Part shown: one piece after another, positions 18,698-26,976 of the stretch | Layout of the letters: each line of letters begins with the position of its first letter | Numbering within the stretch: position 1 is the stretch's first letter | Assembly (NCBI GenBank): GCA_047639735.1 | Contig: JBLIOK010000001.1 | Span: forward strand, 1 to 42,887 | Reading direction: 5' to 3' | DNA length: 42,887 nt | Source: Candidatus Krumholzibacteriia bacterium | GTDB lineage: Bacteria > Krumholzibacteriota > Krumholzibacteriia > LZORAL124-64-63 | Position numbers and translations under genes: made by a program | Notes under the pieces: model-generated | Databases searched by the model: none | Seen by the model: only the letters and a program-made list of their open reading frames with translations | What the model was told of the DNA's origin: nothing

Positions 18698-19177
18698 CTA
18701 GCGGGTGTCCTTCTTTTTGATTTTCAGTTCGGGGTCAAGCTTTCGGGCGCCCCCGTCATTGACCGTGATCTCAAAAGCACGCAAAACATCCGGGGTATTC
18801 AAGTTCATATTTGTTATCATGAAACCATTCAGATAAGCACTGACGCGGAGGTGTTCTACGGCATCGCTTCGCGGACTCGACAGCACCCAAGTTTCAACAT
18901 CCGAACTCCCCGCCTTTTTGTCGGCGGTAGATTTGTAAACGGTGAATCTCGTAACCTCGGCATTCGAGTCCATACTCCGATGGGGAACAAAGGCGAACGT
19001 CTCACCAAAATTCAGGGTTCTTTTGTTGCCATAACCGCCAAATATCCGCCACTTGGCAAACTTGAGTTCAGCGGTACCTTTGGCCTTGAGTTCGAATACC
19101 CGATGGGGCTCAACCGACATGTGGCTGATTTCCATTTCAGGCTTAGCGGTATATTCACTTTTCATTTCCGATTTCAT
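18698..19177 (-). CDS. Hypothetical 159-aa protein, no recognisable domain, co-transcribed with the TPR kinase
   Basis: The ATG sits 1 nt after the kinase stop and is preceded by GAGGGAGAA. There is no signal peptide or TM helix. The N-terminus has a tandem MKSE-MKSE. Confidence 0.6.
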   Translation of the reverse strand: MKSEMKSEYTAKPEMEISHMSVEPHRVFELKAKGTAELKFAKWRIFGGYGNKRTLNFGETFAFVPHRSMDSNAEVTRFTVYKSTADKKAGSSDVETWVLSSPRSDAVEHLRVSAYLNGFMITNMNLNTPDVLRAFEITVNDGGARKLDPELKIKKKDTR

Positions 19178-19178
19178 T

Positions 19179-21587
19179 TCAATTCTCCCTCATTACATGG
19201 TTCAAATCATGCGCAGAACAAAAAGAAGCAAAGCTTTGGCGAGCGTACCCCTTGGTCGCTAACCTTCTAGCCACCGCGTCTGCACCATCTCGGTCACCCG
19301 AATGGAACAAAACCCTCATCCCCAATTCTTGGAATAATTGCCCCACCACCTCTTCGCTGTTTTGGCGAAAAAAAGTTACCCCATGAGCAAACTCGGCCTT
19401 TCCGTCAACCTTATCGCCCATCTCGCTGCACAGATTTCCGCGCAACAACTTCAGATGCAAGTACAACACGGGATAATCGTCATGTTGAGGATCGGAGTCT
19501 TGCAAGCTGGCCAGCGTTGCGCTCGTAATGGCGAGGGCCGATGTGCGCTTCTCGGCTGCGCGAGCAAGTTGGGCGCGATTGAGTTGCGCCATAATTTTCA
19601 CGGGATGATCAACGGGCAAAGAAACAACTAATGCCTCAACCTCTCGGGAATAGCGACCAGCTTCACCATAGGTACCTGCATCGATAAAAAGACCCACCAT
19701 CGTATTCAAGCTGCGGGCGAGCGACACCCGCCAATCACGGTTTTCAGGGTCTTTTACCTGCAGCCCCCTGGACAGATTCAAGTCCAACTCGAAATTTTTC
19801 TGGGCCTGGGCAGTGAGCCCGAGATTCTGCAACACTCGGCCTTCCCTGTACCAAATCGTCGCCAACCGCTCCTGGAATTCCAAATTTAGACTGTCAGCGG
19901 TTGCAATCGTTTCAATGTTTTTTCGCGCGTCAGCAAATAGCAGCCGAGCGTCCTCTAAATGCCCCATGTTCTCCATGAGTCCCGCGTAAATGGCTTGCGA
20001 GTTGGCCAAACTCTCGCGCCGGGGTAGGTCATTTGGGTTTTGCGACGACAGCCAAGCTTTTGTCTCAACCGCTTCCTCCAAAATCACCATCGCTAGCGGC
20101 ATTTTACGCTGCTGGCGGTAGACCATGGCCAAATTAGTTTGGGCATAGGCTAATTCCATTTGCCAGGTTTGATTGGTGCTGTCCCGTTCGACAAGGTCTT
20201 GCGAAATACGGTAATACTCTCGAAAGTTTTTGGCCGCTTCTTCGCTGTTCCCTTCGTAATAAGCCACAGAACCCAACCAAAAATAAGTCGCGCCAAGTTG
20301 AAGTATCCAATCGGTGTTTTCCTCATCGCGCGAGGCCAAATCTTTGGCGGCGACCAACGCCTCAGCAAACGATACCTGAGCCGAATCCAACTGTCCGCGG
20401 TGCATCCGGATTTCACCGAGTAAACTCAGCGTGCGCACGTAGCGGTCAGCATCACCGGAGCTTAAACCGACAGGATCGCGTCCACTGAAATACTCCATTG
20501 CTTTGTTGCCCAGCACATCCATGATCTCCAAGCGATTGACAGGTTCCAATTTGTCGCGCAAATCACCGAGCATGAAGCCCATCAAGTCTTCAACTTGGGT
20601 GCGGTGCAAAGTGGCCTCGCTTTTTTCTCGTTGCAGGTCGCGTGTGTATTTTAAGCCTGTGGTGATGACCAACACCAAAATCAAAATGGCGGCCAAACGG
20701 CGATTGCGACGAGCTGGTTTATTGTGGACCCAACGCAATTTTGCCAAGGCTTCCAAGGCAGTGGGGCGCACGCGAGGAGAACAGCTGGTCAAGCGAAGAA
20801 TAAGTTCTTCAATGTGAGCGTCGACGCCCACCATGGGTTGAGTGTTCGCTGCTTTAACTTGTTCCAACAGCTCTGGCAATTCGATGCATTTTTTATAAAC
20901 GGGTTTTTCAGTCAGCAAGAATTGCATAACTATTCCGCAAGAATACATGTCACTCGCAGCAGTAGCGGGCTCACCAGCAGCTTGCTCTGGGCTCATAAAC
21001 TTGGGAGTGCCGAGAATTCCATCGCGGCGGGTAAAAGATTCTTCGAGTGGCGGACTGATAGATGCCGTACCGAGAACTTTAGTAGTATCGAGGGAAACGG
21101 TGTCTGATTCGGGGTCAGGCTCGACAAGGTGGCGCGCTAATCCAAAATCCAGGACTTTCACCACTCCGTCATTGGTCACCATCACATTGTCGGGTTTCAA
21201 ATCGCGATGAATGATGCCGGCCTCGTGGGCCAGAACCAAAACTTCGAGTAGCTGTTCCAGTACGTTGAGTTTGGCGGCTGTGTCTGCTGAATAGTTGGTC
21301 AGGGTACGACCACGAACAAGTTCTAGTACCAAGTGGTCGCGGTCTTGACCCTCGAGATAATCGTATATTCGGCAAATGCCCTGATGATCTAGGCTGGAAA
21401 GGATGCGCGCCTCGCGTAAGAAGCGACTTTTTTCACGGGCCGAAGGGCGGTCTTCTGCACTTATCGACTTGAGGGCGACTCGGCGTTGGAGCGTTTCGTC
21501 CTCCGCCTCAAAGACATCGCCCATTCCACCGCGGCCCAAGTGAGCCACGATGCGATAGTGGCCTATTAGTCTGCCGATCTGGTCCAT
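19179..21587 (-). CDS. Hanks-type Ser/Thr protein kinase, one TM helix, large extracytoplasmic TPR array
   Basis: LGRGGMGDVFEA, VALKSI, HRDLKPDNVMV, DFGLAR and GTPKFMSPEQ are all present. TM helix LAAILILVLVITTGL. About 470 aa of TPR-like repeats follow. ATG 21587 (MDQIGRLIGHYRIV) is preferred over the GTG at 21653. Confidence 0.85.
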   Translation of the reverse strand: MDQIGRLIGHYRIVAHLGRGGMGDVFEAEDETLQRRVALKSISAEDRPSAREKSRFLREARILSSLDHQGICRIYDYLEGQDRDHLVLELVRGRTLTNYSADTAAKLNVLEQLLEVLVLAHEAGIIHRDLKPDNVMVTNDGVVKVLDFGLARHLVEPDPESDTVSLDTTKVLGTASISPPLEESFTRRDGILGTPKFMSPEQAAGEPATAASDMYSCGIVMQFLLTEKPVYKKCIELPELLEQVKAANTQPMVGVDAHIEELILRLTSCSPRVRPTALEALAKLRWVHNKPARRNRRLAAILILVLVITTGLKYTRDLQREKSEATLHRTQVEDLMGFMLGDLRDKLEPVNRLEIMDVLGNKAMEYFSGRDPVGLSSGDADRYVRTLSLLGEIRMHRGQLDSAQVSFAEALVAAKDLASRDEENTDWILQLGATYFWLGSVAYYEGNSEEAAKNFREYYRISQDLVERDSTNQTWQMELAYAQTNLAMVYRQQRKMPLAMVILEEAVETKAWLSSQNPNDLPRRESLANSQAIYAGLMENMGHLEDARLLFADARKNIETIATADSLNLEFQERLATIWYREGRVLQNLGLTAQAQKNFELDLNLSRGLQVKDPENRDWRVSLARSLNTMVGLFIDAGTYGEAGRYSREVEALVVSLPVDHPVKIMAQLNRAQLARAAEKRTSALAITSATLASLQDSDPQHDDYPVLYLHLKLLRGNLCSEMGDKVDGKAEFAHGVTFFRQNSEEVVGQLFQELGMRVLFHSGDRDGADAVARRLATKGYARQSFASFCSAHDLNHVMREN

Positions 21588-21700
21588 GCCGTCTCCCCCA
21601 TATGGCACACGTCCACAAAGTCTGAGGGGCGAGACTTGGCACCACAGTAGCACGAATTATCGCTAAATTGTTGATTTTATTAGAGGTAGGAAATACCAAC

Positions 21701-21741
21701 AAACAATTGGCCCCTCAACTGCTCAAAGCAGCCGAGGGGCC
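21701..21741 (-). terminator. Hairpin between the metalloprotease gene and the TPR-kinase gene
   Basis: GGCCCCTC (21709-21716) pairs with GAGGGGCC (21734-21741), and there is an inner CTGCT/AGCAG stem. The flank on the minus strand is T-rich but interrupted (AATTGTTTGTT). Confidence 0.45.
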
Positions 21742-21776
21742 ATTCTCTTTTCAATCCGGAAATTGAACGAAGGCGC

Positions 21777-23471
21777 CTACTTCAGCATCACCATTTTTTT
21801 CGTCTCACTATATCCGTCTAACTCAAGGCGGTAGAAATACACGCCAGAGCCTGCGCGGCGTCCAGCACGATCGTTGCCGTCCCAAGCAACGGTGTATTCA
21901 CCGTCGGATATGGATTCGTTCACGAGAGTACGGATCAAACGTCCTGCCGCATCGTGAATAGCTAGTCGCACTGGACCAGCATTGGCGACGCGGAAAGAGA
22001 TTTGAGTTGATGGGTTGAATGGATTTGGATACGCGTTGCCGAGTTCGGAGCGCGTTGCCGGTATGTCATCCACTGCTGAAACGAACGGCTGGAACCAACC
22101 GATGTCTCCAAAGTGCGCCAAGGTCAGGTCGACTTCGTCATTCAGACCTGGTGTGATGCCAGGCTCCATCAACAAACTTGGATTTGCCGAAACATCAAAA
22201 TGGGAAGTTGACGATCCCGGTTGCAATGGATTTGGCGAAAACAATTTGACGCGGCCTTGATTGTCAGTGCCCGCAAGGACGCTAGCGTCCAACTGCAACG
22301 TGACATTGACGCCGCCACCAAGTTCAGCTTTGAGCAAGTTTCCGTCGGCCAAAGTCACACTGATTGTTGGTATCGTCAGGCCAGGGTCAGCTCCACCTAG
22401 TGGCGGTGGAGTACCTGCAACCACGTTATTGACAATGATCACCGCGATGGCGCCAGCAGCTTCGGCGCCTTGAGCCTTGAGGACAAATGAGCACGAGCCA
22501 CGATCAATCAAAGCGATATTGCCATTGACTTGGGCACCGTTAGTCAGGGCGCTGCAACCATCGGAACCAACGCCAACGCCATCTTCGACCAAGACCAAAT
22601 TGCCGGTGATACCCGCAATGTCCAAGGCAGGTCCGAATGATGCCGAACCCGCTGCCATAGAGGCTGGCAAGGTTCCCGGCGAATTGATGGTCAATACTGG
22701 CGGGCCTGACAAGAATGAAGGAGCGGCAGCCGTCACGCCGTCGCCATCCCACACCACGTTGCCGTCGTTCACAGCCGAAGCCTGGCGTTGAGCATCGTTC
22801 ATTTCATCCCAATGCAAACCACTGGAGTTGTCCAGGATGTGGCGTGAGTAAACATCTGGGAATCCATTAAATTCGGCGCCGGACGAACCATTGACGAAAG
22901 TGCTGAATCCCAAACCGTGGCCAAATTCGTGCAACAAAACCGGCAACAGCGCAATATCGTTGCCCGCGTTGCCGTCGAATCCGTAGTACCAATTCGTGCC
23001 ATTGAGGCAGTTATTGTTGTTGTCTACACTGGCGTTAAATGTGGTGTTGATGTCGTTGAAGGTGGGGTCCAGATCGAATCCCGCCTGCTTATTGCCCAAG
23101 GCGCCGTGATACCATGTGCTCACTTCTTCGGCGCCCGCAAAATCGCGGTTGACGACAATGGCTCCCGCGGATCCGAGCACGCCGCCGTCAGCATCGCAAG
23201 ACAACGGATCAAACTTCGCTTGGATTCGAATCGTGACATCACTGTCGAGTAAGCCACCCCAAATATCGGCGGCGTAGGTGAACAGATTAAGGCGCTGTTC
23301 GCCAATCGTTAGGCCGGGATTGCCGCCTACAGCTGCGACTGGCGTCGCGTCGTTAAATCCTTCGCCAGGTCCGTCAAGGTTAACGATCACGATTGTCGCG
23401 GCCTGAGCAGCGAAACCAAACATCGAGATGGCCAGCAAAGTGGCCCCAAAAACTTTTAAGAACTTTTTCAT
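21777..23471 (-). CDS. Secreted zinc metalloprotease-like protein with PA domain and T9SS/FlgD-Ig C-terminal sorting domain
   Basis: Signal peptide. HEFGH encoded at 22917-22931. PA-domain pattern ..IALIDRGSCSFVLKAQGAEAAGAIAVIIVNN.. CTD ..YPNPFNPSTQISFRV..LAIHDAAGRLIRTLV..GVYFYRLE. Confidence 0.75.
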   Translation of the reverse strand: MKKFLKVFGATLLAISMFGFAAQAATIVIVNLDGPGEGFNDATPVAAVGGNPGLTIGEQRLNLFTYAADIWGGLLDSDVTIRIQAKFDPLSCDADGGVLGSAGAIVVNRDFAGAEEVSTWYHGALGNKQAGFDLDPTFNDINTTFNASVDNNNNCLNGTNWYYGFDGNAGNDIALLPVLLHEFGHGLGFSTFVNGSSGAEFNGFPDVYSRHILDNSSGLHWDEMNDAQRQASAVNDGNVVWDGDGVTAAAPSFLSGPPVLTINSPGTLPASMAAGSASFGPALDIAGITGNLVLVEDGVGVGSDGCSALTNGAQVNGNIALIDRGSCSFVLKAQGAEAAGAIAVIIVNNVVAGTPPPLGGADPGLTIPTISVTLADGNLLKAELGGGVNVTLQLDASVLAGTDNQGRVKLFSPNPLQPGSSTSHFDVSANPSLLMEPGITPGLNDEVDLTLAHFGDIGWFQPFVSAVDDIPATRSELGNAYPNPFNPSTQISFRVANAGPVRLAIHDAAGRLIRTLVNESISDGEYTVAWDGNDRAGRRAGSGVYFYRLELDGYSETKKMVMLK

Positions 23472-23472
23472 A

Positions 23473-23922
23473 TTAGCGAACCTCCAGGCCGTTGGCGTCG
23501 GTTTCTGGTTGGGCTTCGCTCAAGAAGTCTTCGGCCGCTTTCATGTCTTCGGTGCACAACGTTTCCACTTTGCCTTCTTCATTGATGCGGGCGACGCTCG
23601 CGCTCATGAAGCGGCCTTGCAAATGCACGCTAACCCGGCCGTCTGGGTGGTGAACTTCTTCCAAGCCTTCGGTGCTGCGACTGAGCATGTTTTCCATGGC
23701 CGCGGCTTTGTCGGCGTCGGTTGGGTTTGAGAGGCGCAAAGCATCTGGACCTGTTACCAGCTCGCCAGTTTCGGGATCGATAGCGGCGCGCATTGCCGCG
23801 GTGCCTGGAGTTGCGATGAGAGAATCCGGCGATTCGCGGTCAGGTGCTAGCAGTACGGCCATGGCCACTACTGCCACGGTACTGCAAGCTACTAATAGCT
23901 TAGTTTTTGGGCGCTTGAACAT
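23473..23922 (-). CDS. Hypothetical signal-anchored 149-aa protein, translationally coupled to the metalloprotease
   Basis: N-terminal hydrophobic segment LLVACSTVAVVAMAVLLA. The stop lies 1 nt before the protease ATG, and a GGAGG SD sits within its last codons. Confidence 0.6.
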   Translation of the reverse strand: MFKRPKTKLLVACSTVAVVAMAVLLAPDRESPDSLIATPGTAAMRAAIDPETGELVTGPDALRLSNPTDADKAAAMENMLSRSTEGLEEVHHPDGRVSVHLQGRFMSASVARINEEGKVETLCTEDMKAAEDFLSEAQPETDANGLEVR

Positions 23923-24177
23923 GAGATGTCCTTTCGGATATCGGGGAGAGAGTTGGGCGAAAACAATCTTAGGCGATAGTCTACCGATTGTAGACCAGAG
24001 CCCAGAAGCGATATTTTTGATGGACAGGCGCAGGCTCCAGCTAGGGATTGCTGGGTCCTGGTTGGGGGTTCCCTAGAGGGTAAGGCCCCGATTCGCACTT
24101 ATCACCATACCATAGTAATGAGAAACCTATTATATCACAACCGTACCCCATAAATTCAAAATTTACGTCGACAACTC

Positions 24178-24212
24178 TTGACATATTACATCATGTCGAT
24201 TAGTCTAGACAT
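24178..24212 (+). promoter_or_regulatory. Candidate sigma-70-type promoter with overlapping imperfect inverted repeat at the arsR start (possible leaderless transcript and ArsR operator)
   Basis: TTGACA (24178-24183), a 17-nt spacer, then TAGTCT (24201-24206). The ATG lies 7 nt downstream and has no SD. ATGTCGA (24193-24199) and TAGACAT (24206-24212) form a 6/7 inverted repeat. Confidence 0.3.
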
Positions 24213-24587
24213 ATGGAAACACAAGCAGCCATCATCATTCTCGACGCACTCTCTCAAGAAACGAGATTGAGAGCGTTTCGCCTTTTGGTCCAAGCCGGGC
24301 CCAATGGTCTCGCCGCCGGTGCCCTTAGCCAAGAGCTGGGCACGCCGCACAATACGTTGTCCTTCCACCTCAATCATTTGTCCAACGCCGGAGTTGTGAC
24401 ATCGCGCAAGGAAGGACGCTCGGTTATCTACACAGCGAATTTTGAAGCCATGAACGGTCTGATCGGCTTTTTGGTCAAAGACTGCTGTGGCAACGAATTC
24501 GCCTCCATCAAAGAGGACGACGGATCTGGATTTTCAATCATCGAGCTCGCCAATTGCTGCGAGCCTGACAAACGCAAAGAAGGGTGA
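24213..24587 (+). CDS. arsR: ArsR/SmtB family metalloregulator with C-terminal vicinal cysteine pairs
   Basis: Winged HTH ..LSQELGTPHNTLSFHLNHLSNAGVVTSRKEGRSVIY.. Two CC pairs (..VKDCCGNEF.., ..LANCCEPD..). No SD is visible; a promoter-like element abuts the ATG. Confidence 0.8.
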   Translation: METQAAIIILDALSQETRLRAFRLLVQAGPNGLAAGALSQELGTPHNTLSFHLNHLSNAGVVTSRKEGRSVIYTANFEAMNGLIGFLVKDCCGNEFASIKEDDGSGFSIIELANCCEPDKRKEG

Positions 24588-24592
24588 AGACC

Positions 24593-25033
24593 ATGAAAAG
24601 AATGCACATCCACGTTGGCGTGGAGAACCTCGACCAAAGTATCAAGTTTTACAGCGCCTTGTTTGGCGCCGAGCCCGCCAAGACCAAAGAAGACTACGCC
24701 AAATGGATGCTCGAAGACCCGCGCATCAACTTTGCCATTTCGACCGGCGCGACCAAGGTTGGCGTGGATCATTTGGGCATGCAGGTTGATAGCCAGGAAG
24801 AGTTAACCGAAGTGCGTGGACGGATGGAAAAGGCTGATATGTCAGTCTTTGATGAGGGCGAAGCTGTTTGCTGCTACTCGCGTTCGGAAAAGTCCTGGGT
24901 CAAAGACACTTCGGGTGTGTCTTGGGAATTTTACCAGACCATGGAAGACGTGCAGACGTTTGCGATGGCCAAGGATTCCACTGACACGGCTTGCTGCACA
25001 CCAGACGCGCGTGGGTTAACCAACTGCGACTGA
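24593..25033 (+). CDS. arsI: ArsI/CadI-family VOC (glyoxalase-fold) metalloenzyme, candidate C-As lyase
   Basis: MHIHVGV.., ..VDHLGMQV.. and ..VSWEFY.. are candidate metal ligands. A vicinal cysteine pair is present in ..GEAVCCYSRSEKSWVKD.. ATG 24593 follows AAAGAAGGG; the track GTG 24584 overlaps the arsR stop. Confidence 0.75.
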   Translation: MKRMHIHVGVENLDQSIKFYSALFGAEPAKTKEDYAKWMLEDPRINFAISTGATKVGVDHLGMQVDSQEELTEVRGRMEKADMSVFDEGEAVCCYSRSEKSWVKDTSGVSWEFYQTMEDVQTFAMAKDSTDTACCTPDARGLTNCD

Positions 25034-25043
25034 TCTGATGATT

Positions 25044-25083
25044 GGGGGAGAATTTTGGGTAATCTCATTGCCCAAGCTCCCCT
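25044..25083 (+). terminator. Long stem-loop between arsI and guaA (no U-tract)
   Basis: GGGGAG (25045-25050) pairs with CTCCCC (25077-25082). An inner TTGGGTAAT/ATTGCCCAA helix closes on loop CTC. The structure starts 11 nt after the arsI stop. Confidence 0.3.
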
Positions 25084-25136
25084 CAGCTGTTAAATATGCC
25101 GTTCAAGTCCCCACCCACCCCTTCAGGGACGGTCTG

Positions 25137-26972
25137 ATGCAGAACGAGCGCGCCCACGACAAAATTGCCGTCGTCGATTTCGGCGGACAATATGCCCACC
25201 TCATCGCCACCAAAGTTCGTCGCGCCGAAGTCTTGGCGGAAATTCGCCAGCCTGAAGACGCCATCGAAGAATTCGCGGGATACAAAGGCATCATACTTTC
25301 GGGCAGCCCAGCCTTGGCCTCTTTTGGCGAAGATGCGGACTGGAACAAAGGTATTCTGGATCTTGATGTGCCCATCTTGGGCTTTTGCTTCGGGCATCAG
25401 GAAATTGCCAAGCATTACGGCGGCACCGTGGTCAATGGCAAGCAGGAATGGGGTCACGCCGATCTGCACATTCACCGCGAACACGAGTTGTTCGCGGGTC
25501 TGGAAAAAGTCGAACAGGTTTGGATGAGCCACTTCGATTCCGTTACAGGCATCGGGCCTGACTTTGAAGAGTTGGGGCACACGGTTTTAGGCGAAGGCAG
25601 CCCCCCTCACCCCTACGCAGTCATCGCTAGCGACAAGCTGAAACGTTACGGTTTCCAATTCCACCCAGAAGTCGGCGACACCCTGCACGGCGACGAAATG
25701 ATCGCCAATTTTGTGCGCAAAATCTGTGGCTGCGAACCGTCTTGGAACATGGTCCGCTACGTCGAAGAACAAGTTGGAAAAATCAGGGAACAGGTGGGTG
25801 ACAACTCGGTCTTTCTTCTGGCCTCAGGTGGCGTCGATTCAACCGTCGCGGCGAAATTGTTTGCCGATGCTTTGGGCTCCGAACGCTTGCACCTTTTGCA
25901 CGTCGACAACGGATTGATGCGCAAAGATGAATCTGCTGCCGTGGTGCAAATGTTCATTGATTTTGGACTTGGCGAGAACTTCCACTTCATCGACGCGACC
26001 GACGAATTTCTAAGTTCGCTGGAAGGCTTGATTGAGCCAGAAGCCAAGCGGCGCGCGATCGGCGACACCTTCATTTCAGTGTTTGAAAGTGAAGCCCGGC
26101 GGTTGGGCATTGAAGGTCACTTGCTCGGTCAAGGCACGATCTATCCGGACACCATTGAATCCGGCGGGACCAAACGGGCCGACACGATCAAGACTCACCA
26201 TAACCGGGTGCCCATCATTGAAGAAATGATCGCCGCGGGCAAAGTGATCGAACCCCTAGCCGACCTTTACAAAGTCGAAGTGCGGGAACTTGGCGAACGA
26301 CTGGGAATCCCGCATGACATGATTTGGCGGCATCCGTTCCCGGGTCCCGGGCTTGGCGTGCGCCTTTTGTGCAGCGACGGCCAGCCTCAAGATATAGAGG
26401 TGCTGGACGCTCTGGCACCGGCGGTCGCAAACGCCGTCAAACCCTACGGTCTGATGGCCACCCCGCTACCGATCAAATCTGTGGGTGTCAAAGCAGACTT
26501 GCGCTCGTATGAACATCCCGTCTTGATTCACGGGGACGCCAACTGGGATCAACTGGCTGAGGCGTCGGGCACTATTTTCAAGACCATCGACGGCATCAAC
26601 CGCACCTTGTGGAACCTCACACCAGAGATGCCCAAGGCGTTCATTTCATTAGCGGCCACGATGACCAAGGATCGTCTCGACCTGCTGCGCGAATGTGATC
26701 AACTGATGATGGATGGCTTGCGGCGGCACAATTTGTACGCCCAGGTTTGGCAATGCCCGACCGTCCTGGTGCCTTTGGAGATTGATGGTCAAGGACGTGA
26801 ACTTTGTATTCTGCGCCCCATTCAAAGCGAGCGCGCGATGTCCGCGACCGCTGCTCGATTGCCATTGGAATTGTTGGGGGAACTTCGCGAAAAGATCATG
26901 GCCTTGCCCGGTATCAGCGGCCTCGCCTACGACTTGACCAGCAAGCCGCCAGGAACGATCGAATGGGAATAA
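25137..26972 (+). CDS. guaA: GMP synthase (glutamine-hydrolysing), long form with enlarged C-terminal domain
   Basis: GATase catalytic GFCFGHQ. PP-loop SGGVDS. HPFPGPGLGVR. C-terminal ..KPPGTIEWE. ATG 25137 (MQNERAHDKIAVVDFGGQY) gives 611 aa; the track start 25038 is an extension. Confidence 0.9.
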   Translation: MQNERAHDKIAVVDFGGQYAHLIATKVRRAEVLAEIRQPEDAIEEFAGYKGIILSGSPALASFGEDADWNKGILDLDVPILGFCFGHQEIAKHYGGTVVNGKQEWGHADLHIHREHELFAGLEKVEQVWMSHFDSVTGIGPDFEELGHTVLGEGSPPHPYAVIASDKLKRYGFQFHPEVGDTLHGDEMIANFVRKICGCEPSWNMVRYVEEQVGKIREQVGDNSVFLLASGGVDSTVAAKLFADALGSERLHLLHVDNGLMRKDESAAVVQMFIDFGLGENFHFIDATDEFLSSLEGLIEPEAKRRAIGDTFISVFESEARRLGIEGHLLGQGTIYPDTIESGGTKRADTIKTHHNRVPIIEEMIAAGKVIEPLADLYKVEVRELGERLGIPHDMIWRHPFPGPGLGVRLLCSDGQPQDIEVLDALAPAVANAVKPYGLMATPLPIKSVGVKADLRSYEHPVLIHGDANWDQLAEASGTIFKTIDGINRTLWNLTPEMPKAFISLAATMTKDRLDLLRECDQLMMDGLRRHNLYAQVWQCPTVLVPLEIDGQGRELCILRPIQSERAMSATAARLPLELLGELREKIMALPGISGLAYDLTSKPPGTIEWE

Positions 26973-26976
26973 GCGC

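Noticed and set aside
18698-21587. Reading the kinase plus small-ORF pair (and the second kinase) as an anti-phage defence system, or the 159-aa protein as an FHA domain.
   Set aside because: No nuclease, ATPase, TIR, Sir2 or other effector gene is adjacent. The kinase has a receptor-like TM-TPR architecture. The small protein lacks the FHA G-R...S..H...N.G signature.
25038-25136. The ORF track gives 5' extensions for guaA here, and likewise at 111-176, 12487-12525, 15886-15972, 16633-16653, 17345-17377, 21588-21653, 28480-28518, 30012-30161, 33506-33550, 34061-34111, 38528-38539 and 41443-41481.
   Set aside because: In each case an internal ATG is preceded by a GGAG-type SD at 5-9 nt. Most are also followed by a signal peptide or the conserved family N-terminus. 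The extensions lack an SD, and some would overlap neighbouring genes.
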